From Nemertoderma westbladi (Eukaryota > Animalia > Xenacoelomorpha), in the NCBI GenBank assembly GCA_032718475.1, contig JAUCBJ010008288.1:20883-84882 (forward strand): a stretch of DNA of 64,000 bases, written 5' to 3'. Position 1 is the stretch's first letter. Each line of letters starts with the position of its first letter. The notes beneath the pieces are model-generated. The model worked only from the letters and a program-made list of their open reading frames with translations. It was not told where the DNA came from and ran no database searches. Made by a program: the position numbers and the translations under genes. Below, in pieces: positions 39,501 through 50,690 of this stretch.

Positions 39501-40827
39501 TTTTAACCCCGTTCCGCAACGTGGATAGCCAATTTAAAGACCGCGCTTTGACCAAGCTCAGCCTAAGAAACTCAGCTGCAGAGAAGTTGGATAGCGCTGG
39601 ATTCGCCATTTTCAAAGAGATTTGTATATCGAACTTGCACTCCTCTGTTATACAAAGACCTCGAATCCCCACAGGTTATTCTGTCGTGGAAATTCAGACA
39701 ATAGGTCCAATTGAAGAGACAGACACGCCCACCTCAGCTATGCACTTGGAAGACGAACCAATATGTCTAGAATCTGAGGAGATTCAGCCTATCGGCCCCG
39801 GAACAGCGACAACGATTACATCATAGAATGGTATCAAGGTCCACAGTGTCTCACTGCGTACGATTATCGACATGCCAACTATGTTTCTAGGCAACGTTGT
39901 CGGTTATGCGCATCGAGAGACCATGATACGCCCATGGACACAAACGTCCGCTGTTCCTATTTCCAAGAACAACCGACGATGGAAATTTATTGCGCATATT
40001 GCAGACTTAACAACTTGCATATTTTTGCGGTTTGCCCTCAATTTATGACTCAATGTCACCATTGTCAACTAAAGGGACACGCCAGTTTCGATTGCCCCTT
40101 TAATCACGATTTGGAAAGCGTAGATGAAATGATCACACTACGTTACATCAGAGCTTGGGAAGCGAACGCTGATTTACATTGTGATTCGCGCCATCGCTAT
40201 TATCCTGGACGCGCTTACGAAGGAGTTTATGCGTTCCATCCTTATCTATTCGCTTCTGTCGAACAGAAATCACGCATATCGAGTTACGAACTACTGAAGC
40301 GCGTCGGAGAATGTATTTCAACCAAGTTCGTACGCAAATTTCTTAGGAGTGTTAATCCTAGCGACCTTCATTCCTATAACTTAATCAATTATATCCGTCA
40401 GGATCCGGACTATGGAGACTTATTTGTTAACTCACACCCCGAGTTACAGGAAGTATATCGACGGCCTTACGAATACCGAGCCCGCGAACGCGAGTTGGAA
40501 AGAACCATTAAACCCAGGAGGTTTCTGACTGCCTATGGTCCACCCACGGCTCTCGTTCAGACCACTCGTAAAGGACCCGTAAGAGCGGCTGTCCTAAAAC
40601 GCGCTCTCAAGGCCGTTAGACCCCTCTCCCCAGACGTTGATGTCAATCAACCCGGTACTTCGACTGGCGGATACACCGACCATAATCCTACACCCTCTGA
40701 TGCAATCATATTGCACCCTTCACCCCGGAGTTATAGCCCTCCTTGTAAAGTGGCTCGCCCCAAAGAGAAAAGGACTCTGGCCAGCTTTAAAAAACTGCGT
40801 AAACGCCGTCCGCGCAAGAAAGACTAA
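36575..40827 (+). CDS. Accessory gene of element A: DEDDy-type 3'-5' exonuclease domain plus zinc knuckles (about 1400 aa reconstructed; one in-frame TGA, one frameshift)
   Basis: ORFs 36575-37348 and 37406-39826 are in the same frame, separated only by TGA 37346-37348; a frameshift between 39778 and 39826 joins 39934-40827. Motifs VTYDNEG, ILKIGSAVYGDLQND, VDTQ, SIGHLA, YTIFE, then CRLC, CAYC-x5-H-x4-C, CHHC-x4-H-x4-C. Confidence 0.78.
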
Positions 40828-42096
40828 CTGTTTAGAGTATTTACATATATTAGAAACTGTGATTTTTGTATATTTATAGACTTGAATCCCATTTTCTGGG
40901 AGCGGTGTAAAAGCTTTTGCGGATATAATCAGTCCCCTCGCCCGCAAAGTACCGTTATAGGTGTTTTAACGGACATAAAAGTCATTATTCTATATGGGTG
41001 CTTTGGAGGACATGGTAAGACATAAAACCCGCAATGCGTCAAATACTCTAGCACAGCTTAGCCTTGATGATTTAGATTACGACATCTAACAGCTGGTTGC
41101 TGGCATGGAAACGGCCATTGGACACATGGTTCTTTGTTTAGCTTAACAGCCAATCAGAGCGATTTTTTCTGTCGATGTGGAGATATTTGGCAGATCGTGC
41201 TAGGAGTGTTCAGTCTTACTGTTTTTTCTTGATACTGTTGTGTTGTTTCTATCTAGGCCAGGAACACCGGCTCTAGAGTCAATTCGTTACAGACTTTAGG
41301 AGAAACATTAGTAGGCTTAGATTATAGAACGTATAACTGTTATCAGTGCAACACGGCACATACATTGTCATATCATATCTTAACCTACCGTCTTAATGCT
41401 TTTTACTGTTGTTATTATTTTGTAACAGTTGGTTGAATATTATTTGGAAAACATCTATAAAGAACCCAAATTTCGCAATTTTCTTGATACACTACAGGTT
41501 AGAGAGACAGGTTATATACATATAGCGATTGCGACTTATATTATCGTGGTTTGTAGTGAGTTTAATGCTATTTGATAGGCACTACATGAGTCAATTGCTG
41601 TTCTCTTTATATATGATAAAATTCATTGACGGTCGGCAGATTAGTGTGCAGCATTGTGTGTTACCGGTAGTGTGCATGATTGTGACTGATAACTAAGCAT
41701 TTCCTAAAGAATGCGCCTCATACGTGAATCATAAGCCTTACCGACTTACCGTTGTGTTTAGTATAAGTCATATCTCTGTTTACCTAGATAGAGCGCCACG
41801 TCCTAAAGGAACTGTTAATATTTCCCGAAAGTGAATAATATTAGTCAGAAATTATTTATTAACGATCAATCTAATAATACAGTAAGCTTACACTGCAATA
41901 ACAATCTAAGCCCTCAGAATCCAGTCTCCCGGGTATATCCAGCGGGTGAATGGACGCGCACTAGGCTGGCTTCTGCTAATGTTGTGTTTATTGGTATTAA
42001 ATATTTGTCAATTTCTAAAGTCTATTTATAAACCAAAAGACATATAAATTTTGGCAGGTTAAACTGCTAAAGGTCTTCAAAAGCGCGTACAGGTAT

Positions 42097-45000
42097 TACA
42101 CAAACACCTTCGGTGGGGGGTGGTGGGTGGTGGTTATGAGTTTGGTGCGTTTGTGAACGTTTTATAAAACGTCAATAGTAGCTATTTGCGTAGCCTTAGG
42201 GGCAGTCGGATGGTTCTCCCCAAACGGGTGTGGATAACGCTTGGGGGCGCCACGTGTGGGGTAGGTGTCGGTGACTGCACATGGGCTGGCGCCAGTGGGG
42301 TGCGACTGACAGCCTCACTCCAAGTAGCCGCAATGGCGTCGAGTTGGTGGAAGGTTTTATGCCACTTCTCATCGACGACGCGACGCAGTGAAGTGGACGG
42401 GGAGGGAATCGTGGATGTTGTGGCCATAAAGCAGTTTGGTGGGTGAGTGTCCACCGTAATGTGGGGTGTTATGGAATGCGAGTATCCCTTGCGCTATCCT
42501 GCCTGAATCGAGTTTGGTTCCATTAATTATTTCTTTACTACCTTCATGGCGGCCTCGGCACGACCGTTGCGTTGGTGCGTGGAAGGTGGGGGCTGGATGG
42601 TTCCAGGGTGACGCCCCACTGCTGGAGAAATTGTTTTACCTCCTCTGAAACGAGTTGTGTTCCTCCATCTGAGTGGAAGATGGTAGGCACAGATGTGGTG
42701 TGCAACAGCTGTCGTAGGCAGATCATGATGGGGGTCGACGTTGTGTTTGAGTTCAGGAGGAATAACGTCAGCCATCTGGTGAACTCATCAGTGACAATGA
42801 GGTAGTGGATCTGTTCGACCTGGACGAGGTCGGCATGGGCGTGTCAGAATGGGCGAGTCGCATCGGTGTTGCGTTGCAGTGGTTCCACCATGTGGGATGG
42901 GAGGGTTGTCTGGTAAGATTGGCACAGCTCTACCGCCTGTTTGATGTCATGGTCGATAGAGGGCCAACAAACGGATCTCCTGTCTCGATCCTGGGTCTTG
43001 TTGAGGCCTTGGTTGGTGGCGTGTTGCTGGTGGAGGGTCTCCAGACGCATCTCCACTGGGATGTAGAGCTGTGTTACATGGAGGATGATGCCATCGTGGA
43101 TCATCATTTCAGTGCAGTGGGCAAAGTAAGGGCGGATGAGGTTTTCCTCCCCATTGTGTTTGGAGGTCAGCCAACCCTCCCGTATAGTGGTCAGCAGGGC
43201 CCGCATTGGCCCGAGTCCCTGACCTGTTGGAGGCGGGTGTCTTGGGATTCGACTGATCGGATTTTGCCAACTGCAGAGTTGATGATAAACTCGTAGTCGG
43301 CGTCGTCTTCTGTGGATAGCAGGAGGTGGTTGAGCTAGGGGGCGTGGCGTGGCGCATGGGAGATAGCATCTGCGATTAGGTGATTCACCTCCATCTGTTG
43401 TCTCGTTGTTAGGTTATCCAGGCAGCGGTCGTTGAGGATGGGGATCAATGGGCTGCAATCCATGACTAAATCGAAGTGCCGCAACCCATTGCGAAAGTAG
43501 CGGCACTTGATGGCCCCCCAGGCTGCACCGAGGGCCTCCAATTTGGCCATCGCGGACCAGTTAGCCTCGTGTTTAGCGAGGGTCTGGGAGCTGCACTGGA
43601 TGGTGAGCCAGTGGTTAGAGTTCGGGTCCTACTGGCGTAGAAGAAATTCGAGGCCGTTGATGCGTGAAGTGTCCATGAGAAGTTCTGTTTGCTGGTCAGG
43701 ATGAAATCCATAGACGTAGTGGGGGCTGGACAGTGCTGCCCGGGTCGTCTCGAATGCCGCCTGTTGTTGTCTTCCAGGACATGGGAGTCCGGAAGTGGCG
43801 GAGGTCATCCGGGAGTTTGGGTACCTGCTGTATGACACAATGTATCTGCCAAACTTCACCTCGGGTAGGCTGAACTGTACTTTCCAGGGGTTGATAGATA
43901 TGTCGGTGGCATCACAGGCAGTGAGGACCAGGGTGACGGCTTCCGCATGTTCTTCCATGGAGTTGCTATAGATGAGGATGTCTTCCACTATACGATCGAT
44001 GTTGGGGACTCCATGGAGGGCCTTTCGTCCGACTTTGGCCAACACGACCGAACTACCGTGCCACCCCATCATCATTCGGTGGTATTCGGAGTTTGACTGG
44101 CAGCTGGTGTAGTCCATCCAGGTCCAAGACATCCATGGTGCAGGCCGTATGCAGTGAGTGGCACTGGCTGGTCGCCCGGAATACGCATTTGAACACCCAC
44201 CCCTACCAGCTGCCCCTGGCTAATCAGGGTGATTGGATCGCTGAGTTGGTTAGGCGGAGGTTGGTGGTGGTCCTGCCAAATGCCAAAAAGGTCCAGAAGG
44301 GGATGATGGTGATGTTGGCACCAGAGTCAGGGAGGAACTGGAGCTCCTTGAAGCCGAACTTGGTGTTATTGTTGACTTGTAGGCCCACAGTCACCGTTTC
44401 GAGGGCCTTCAGATAGGGGCTCTCTCCAGTTTGGTGCCTGCGAGGATTGATGAGACCTCAGTGGTTCCAGAAAAGGCTGCGTCATCCTCTGTGTGAGGAT
44501 GGGGAGACGGAGTGTCTGCGGCATGGGCCTGGGGCTCGCGATGGCAGGGGCATATCCTGTTGTAGTGCCACCACCTTGTTGCAGTGGCAGCAGCGGGCAT
44601 TGGTGCTGGGGCAGGTTTCACCGGGACAGTGGGGTGGGTACCCGCAGTTGGTGCAATGCGTGGCCAAGTTGGTGGGCAGGGTTGCGTCGGTTTCCCAGAG
44701 GGTGGCTGCGTGGTGGTACATTGGCCCGCAAGGTTGTGGGTGTCACTGGGGCTGTTGCGACAGGGGCGGCCATCATCCACTGCATCCTTGTAGGTGGTCC
44801 AGGTGGACTGGTCGAGGTGTAGTGCGTTGGTGATATGGAGCTACAACTGGGGAGGCGCAGCAGTTGCTTTGTCACTTCCTTATCACTGAAGCCCACGATG
44901 AACTGGTCGAGAAGCCACTCGTTGAAGTGGGCAATCATCAGCAGAAGGAAGTGCACACTTAAAGCCACACTTGGTGTGCGACTTCTCGGAGGTTAACTAG

Positions 45001-45738
45001 CAACACTTCCAGTGGTTCCTCGGTTAGTCGGGTGCACCGAGTCAGTTCTTTGTGGTGCACCCATTTGTTGGTACCTCCTGTAATGTGAGTATCGAGGGTG
45101 CCAATCACAGTATTGGCATTTAGGTTATCCGTTGACGACAAACCGAGACCCTTAACAATGGCGTTTGTACTGTGTGAGAAAGCCGTGGTTAGTGCGGCTC
45201 GCCATTGCAGGTTCGTTGCACGCAGCAGTTGTGTTGATATAGTGGGATCTGGCGGGTTGTTGGGGTCGGCAGTCCGCAGGTTTTCCATGTCAGATGTCAC
45301 CAGAAACGCGTCCCACTCATCTCTCCAATGGTCCCACATCTATGTCGAAGGCAGGGGGAACGCAGCGGAGGATAAATGAGTGGGGGTCTCGGTGGTCGTT
45401 AGCCATAGGGAAAAGGGAGTTGGAAGTACAGTAGATCGCACTATTTCGATAATGCCAATAATATCGAATATAATAATGAATAGAGTTCAGGTCAGCCAGT
45501 GCAGCAGTGTTGGTAAGTACAGTAGTGCATTGTACACTTGTACTTGTAGTGCAGTTACTGCACTGCACTACTGTAGTGGGTAGGGAAGGCCTAACACACT
45601 GAGCCAAATGTGCAATGCGTTTGGTCCAGATAGAGCAGTATAATAATCATATATCTATATCTAACCAGTAGGTGTCCATTTTAAGCACGTACCACGGTTA
45701 ATTACATATGCAGTATAAATGGATTACACATACACACT
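42097..45738 (-). mobile_element. Decayed, internally deleted Ty3/Gypsy element (Mag-like); its 3' LTR appears split by element A
   Basis: Fragments of gag (WDHWRDEWDAF; CTNCG...CPS...CCHC), protease LPDSGANIT, RT IVEDILIYS, RNase H LEALGAAWGAIKCRYF, integrase HSDGGTQL and GRAEAAMKVVK. PBS-like TGGCTCAG at 45606. 45609-45738 resembles 23462-23567 plus 42097-42107. Confidence 0.82.
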
Positions 45739-45918
45739 ATCCTACATACTTTTACAATAAACAATCCCAAAAGCTTGAATTATGTGCAAATTTAATTTCT
45801 AGAACTTTCATGTCACAACACCCTAATTTATTCGTATACTCATTATTAAGTGTGAGCTCCATGTGAACGATCACGAACATGTGAATGTCTGGGTGTCATT
45901 CATTGGCATACCCCGATG

Positions 45919-46165
45919 ACTACTACTACTACTAGGATCGGCATGCTGCATTGCAGCTGCATTTTTAAGAATGCTGTGCCGGCTTATCGACAAAATTGCA
46001 CCGCCACAACTCCCTATCACCCATGACATTTGCTAGATTATCCGCATCTTCAAGGCCAGTGTCCTTTAAGATGCGTCTCAAGAAAGTCATGGGCTGTTCA
46101 CCATGCTTATTCACTTCATGAGGCTGCCAAAGTACAAGATTATGCACTGGCTGGTCCTCATGGCG
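45919..46165 (-). mobile_element. RTE-clade LINE 3' end with (TAG)n tail; continues at 60135 beyond element B
   Basis: Near-identical to 62857-63103; HNLVLWQPH...DRELWR. Confidence 0.9.
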
Positions 46166-47531
46166 CTTATTTATTATTTATTATTATAGAAAGCTGTTGC
46201 CGTTATTCCTACACCAAGGGGAAAAACGCCGATGCTGGAGACGTGACTTAACAGACCACCGAGCCCCGGCCAGTCACCGGATATTGATTGTGGGGAGGGA
46301 ATATTTCTAAGATGCAAGTTTGCGGTTGAGAAAAGCTGCATTAGTTGATACTCTTTAATGTAACTTCCTATAGTTGAAAACCTGATTAAGAATAATTTTG
46401 GGCTTCCCCAAATCAATATACACCAAATATTCACAATAATTATACACGATAATATAAATCCCTACGGTATATTATTTAATAACCCACTGTTCGCTCAGAA
46501 TTTTAGCCTACCTAATGTTCCCCAGATTTTCCCTCAGTCCCAGTCTTAGTGCCGTAGTGTCGGTGTCGGTCGACCCTGTCGCGTGTCCGTTCCACCCCTC
46601 ACGAACCCCGAAGGGAGCGATCATCGAGAACCAGAACGGCTTGGCTAAGGGGTCTGTCGTCGGTTCCCGTCGCAAATCCCAGTCAAGCAGTCAGCGTTCC
46701 GAGTTCTTTTCAGGCTCGTAGTAGCTGCAGTTGACCCGAGACCGCTAAGGGCAGTCCTTGTCAAACCAGTCCTGTGGCCAGCCCTTTCGCATGTCCGTCC
46801 CACCCCTCACGAACCCCGAAGGGATCGGTCATCGAGAACCAGTACGGCTTAGGTCAGGGGGCAGTCTTAAGTTGGCCACCTGTTCGCGTGTCCGCTCCAC
46901 CCCTCACGAACCCCGGGGTTCGATCATCGAGAACCAGAACGGCTTGGCTACTAAGGGGCCGTCGGTGCCCGTCGCAAATCCCTGACACAAGCAGTCAGCG
47001 TTCCGAGTTCTTTTCAGTCTCGTAGTAGCTGCCGTTGGCCAGGGACCGCTAAGGGCAGTCCTTGTCCTTTAGGCCTGGCGCATTACCAAATCCACCCCTA
47101 CAGGCAGCAGGAAGTTGGCCAGGGCCTAATAGTACTCAGGCTAACCTGAATACTGCTTGCATTTTCCATCCCCCCTGGCCCTTATAACTATGAAATTATT
47201 CCCGTACCCTGTAAGTTGCCCCAAAGTTCGCCCATAAATCGCCCCCAGTTTATTGAATGTGCCCAAAACCCATGGTCCCGCACCCAGTAGTAATATCGGA
47301 ATAATCAATTTTAATAAAATACAAAAATATTCAACTCGCGTTATGGAAAGTTGAAATACCGCGAACAGTCCCCCCCAATGACCTTCGTGAAGTCTGTCGG
47401 TCGATTGAGTTTGCGTAGGTCATTCCCAATATAAAAAACCCAATTTTAATATTGCATAGTTTTTAATTAATTTGGCCTAGAGTTTGTATAAAATAAATGT
47501 TCGATAAATGTTCCTGGAATATCCCAATCCA

Positions 47532-50132
47532 CTATTTCTTTTTCTGATACGCCTTCCGTCTCTTCGCCCGTCGACTCTCATCGATCGCTATGGCTGGTAG
47601 AGGAGCGTCAACATCCATCGTGAGTAACGCTTCGGCTTGTCTCCTGGCGGCTCTTCCTTTCGAAGGCAACGGGATCATGTCGGTTCGTCTTTCCAACTCG
47701 GAGTTGCGTGCCTCTAGGAACCATTCTCCGTCACCGAACTCCTCTTTATACGAATATAATCGTCTAATAACTTCGAATGGACCGAATAATCCGGCGCTCA
47801 GTAGCAGATCCACGTAATGGAAGGGTAGCGAGGCCGACGTGTGGAGGCGTTCCGGGAAGGAGAAATATCCGCACGCCATCTCCTGCGCGATATTCCGAGC
47901 GTTTCTCCGAAACTTGGTCTTTAAGTGGCTGTTTGCGTATGTCTCAAACATGACCATATTGCCCATAGCGGTAACGTCTTTGGTTGGACATTTAATATAG
48001 CAGCGGGGGCTAGCGGAATGTCCGCGGAAACCGCACGTGGTGCAGAGGTTATAAAGGATCGGACAGACCGAAACGTCGTGGCCCGATATCGCGCAGTATG
48101 GGCAATAGAGTATCCCGAGGAGCTGGAGGCAAGAATCGGTAACCCGATTCCTTCTGCTGCGTGGGCACTGCTCCGAACCGCAGTCGCCGCATACCTCCAA
48201 CTGCATCTCTCGACCGGGGAATATCGGAATCGGGACGCCGGCGTAGTATTCGAGTCGTCGGTCGCTCTTCGGAATATTCTCGGTGGTCGGTAGCCCGCGG
48301 AATGCTGGGCTCTTGCGTAGTATGTTCTCGCTTCGATAACCCTCTTTATGTCCCGATGGTCTCAACTCGGACGACCGTTTCTGGCGGTGGATCCATTCAG
48401 TTTGCTCGGCGTACCAACGGGTTAGTCGCATAGGGTCCTGAGGAATGGCGGGTGTAGTAGCCACCGCTGGTCGGCGAAGAGGTGCCGGGGTTTTCGACGG
48501 AGGGATACCGAGGAGATCGTCGGGTGTCGGCGCATCGCTGGGGCCTTCCTCGACCAGTATCGCTGAGCGGGTCCGTTGGTGGCTGGTACTCGGAATCTCC
48601 GACGACCAATCTTCGCCGCCCGGGAAAGGATACGGGGATAACCGTTGGCATATGTCGCCGAAGTCGCTCAATGCAGCCGTAGTGGCTACCTCTCTCGCGG
48701 GGCTACCGGAGCCGCGTGGGGTGTAGACGCCTGCTCTCTTCATCGGTTCGGCCGAGGCAACCCGTTTGGCGGCCGGTCCGTACGCGGCCTCCGGTTCGAG
48801 TTGTCGCTTCGGGGTGGAGAGTAGAACACCCTCGTTTAGCCATATCTCTTCCCCTTCCGAGGAGATCAGAGGCTCCTCCGCACCGAGAAGTTCGGTAATC
48901 GTAGGGATGTCGTAAGGTCCGCTCTCGTCCCAGGAATCGATAACGGCGGGCGTTTTTGATTCTCCCGGTGTAATGTTCTCGACCGCTTTAAACGCGTGGT
49001 TTATAACCTCGTTCCAGTCGTAGTCGACGAAGGAAAGGGGGACCGCCGTGATGAGGTTATCTAGAGTCTTGCAGATAAACTTAGCGACGGTGTAGCATTC
49101 CATAACGACGTAGATATAGCTCCGTCGATCGGGATTCTCCCACCTTTGGTGTATCGTCCACTTCCGATCGACGTCCTTCCATCGACCCTCTCGCTCGCTC
49201 TTTATCTCTAATCCCGGGTATCCGCCGTATATTTTATTATAGTCCCGGAATTTCTGGGGTTTGAAGTCGATACCGCCGTTGAGCACAGCGAGGTAGCCGA
49301 TCCCGGATTTCGTCGGTCTCACTTCTTGGAATCCTCGCATGAACTCGGCGAATCGTAACCAGGCTAGCAGCGTTTGAGTGTCGATGCAATGGCTAAGTGC
49401 GTTGAGGTCATTTCGTCGGTTTCTTCCTGCGGGAGCGTTCGCGTAGTCGTTCCGGACGTCCGCCTTGATATCCGACCCGATTTTAATGACGTCGAAGTCG
49501 AAGAGGATCTTTTGGATATCCGGAGGCAGCAACCAGATCGCTCCGGCTGCCTGCACTTCATGTCTGGGTGTCGGGAATATTCGGCACACCAGTACCAAAC
49601 CGTCCAGGGTTCCGAGGACGACGACTAAGGATCGACCGTATTCTTTCGCCCCGTACTTTTCCTGGTAGTCGTCGCGGTTTTGGATAATCGATACGCGTTC
49701 CTCTCGAAGCGTCGCCGTACACTCCGACAGGTTTCCCCAGTGGGCGAGGTACGTACTCTTGTCGTCGACGAAACTCTGACATCTCGCCAACGTAATCGCC
49801 TTCGAGGTGGGCGTCGCGTTTCCCTCGTTGTCGTAGATCAAACATCGGGATCTGTAGACGCTCTGCCGGAACGTTTCCCAAAACGACGAATCGTCCCCTC
49901 CGGTTGCCTTTGCGTTCCGAGTTCTTTTCAGTCTCGTACTAGCATCGGCTAACCGGAGGGCTCGTAGATTCTTAGAATCCGGTCCCTCTCGCCCGGTGAA
50001 TTTAATTTCTCGTACGTTCTCATTTAGCAGAATGTTCCAATTTGTATCAAAGTCAGGGGATCCGGGTTGCGAATATTCCAGTAGATCTATCGTGTTACGT
50101 AATTCGCCGATAATTTGGCGATTTGGGTCCAT
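47532..50132 (-). CDS. Accessory gene of element B: DEDDy-type 3'-5' exonuclease plus zinc knuckles, intact 866-aa ORF
   Basis: LIYDNEG, VIKIGSDIKADVRND, IDTQ, SGIGYLA, YVVME, then CGDC, CPYC-x4-H-x4-C, CTTC-x4-H-x5-C and a basic C-terminal tail; collinear with the element A accessory protein. Confidence 0.82.
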   Translation of the reverse strand: MDPNRQIIGELRNTIDLLEYSQPGSPDFDTNWNILLNENVREIKFTGREGPDSKNLRALRLADASTRLKRTRNAKATGGDDSSFWETFRQSVYRSRCLIYDNEGNATPTSKAITLARCQSFVDDKSTYLAHWGNLSECTATLREERVSIIQNRDDYQEKYGAKEYGRSLVVVLGTLDGLVLVCRIFPTPRHEVQAAGAIWLLPPDIQKILFDFDVIKIGSDIKADVRNDYANAPAGRNRRNDLNALSHCIDTQTLLAWLRFAEFMRGFQEVRPTKSGIGYLAVLNGGIDFKPQKFRDYNKIYGGYPGLEIKSEREGRWKDVDRKWTIHQRWENPDRRSYIYVVMECYTVAKFICKTLDNLITAVPLSFVDYDWNEVINHAFKAVENITPGESKTPAVIDSWDESGPYDIPTITELLGAEEPLISSEGEEIWLNEGVLLSTPKRQLEPEAAYGPAAKRVASAEPMKRAGVYTPRGSGSPAREVATTAALSDFGDICQRLSPYPFPGGEDWSSEIPSTSHQRTRSAILVEEGPSDAPTPDDLLGIPPSKTPAPLRRPAVATTPAIPQDPMRLTRWYAEQTEWIHRQKRSSELRPSGHKEGYRSENILRKSPAFRGLPTTENIPKSDRRLEYYAGVPIPIFPGREMQLEVCGDCGSEQCPRSRRNRVTDSCLQLLGILYCPYCAISGHDVSVCPILYNLCTTCGFRGHSASPRCYIKCPTKDVTAMGNMVMFETYANSHLKTKFRRNARNIAQEMACGYFSFPERLHTSASLPFHYVDLLLSAGLFGPFEVIRRLYSYKEEFGDGEWFLEARNSELERRTDMIPLPSKGRAARRQAEALLTMDVDAPLPAIAIDESRRAKRRKAYQKKK

Positions 50133-50690
50133 ATTTACGATTATATCCGTTACAAATTAGATCAGTTAATTATAAGTCCAGAAAGTCTGAAACTATAGCG
50201 ATAGCAGAATAATTCAGTTTTTTATTTAATTCAGTTTATTAAATAACATTGCTATATAGACATCTATCATCTTATTGCTAATACATTCAGCATTTACAGT
50301 TACTATAGCTATACATAATATCCAACCAGTTTTTTATGACTTTTTTGTCCTTTTTTTTTCAATTCTTTTCTTTGACCTCTTTTATACCTTTTTTTTCTTT
50401 TTTCATTTCTTTTCATTATTATTTCATCTCATTTCATTTATTTCCACATATATTTCAACACATTTAGTTCCACCATTTATTTCACATTTATTTATTTCCA
50501 CATCATCATTGGGTTTATAGCCCCCCGGCTATCATCATTGGTTATAAGCGCAGCACCAGGGTGCGCATCATTTCATTTTCATCAGTATACGCGTCATCAT
50601 TCAGGTTTATAGCAGAGTTGTCTGATCCTTTTCATCATTTCCAACTATATTGAATCATTTTCTTTGGTTAATCTTTGTCGTGGAAGGGGT

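Larger units (their letters stand above)
23568..42091 (+). mobile_element. Giant BEL/Pao LTR retrotransposon A (18.5 kb) with accessory exonuclease gene
   Basis: LTRs 23568-24749 and 40906-42091 (TG...CA; about 7 differences seen); 5-bp TSD GGTAT (23563-23567, 42092-42096); PPT GGGAGCGG at 40898-40905. Confidence 0.95.

Noticed and set aside
36575-40827. Accessory ORFs as env genes
   Set aside because: No signal peptide, transmembrane anchor or fusion-protein features; nuclease and zinc-knuckle motifs instead.
46166-46189. (TTA)-rich insert next to element B's TSD, similar to the one at 1189
   Set aside because: Too short and low-complexity to support targeted insertion into RTE copies.
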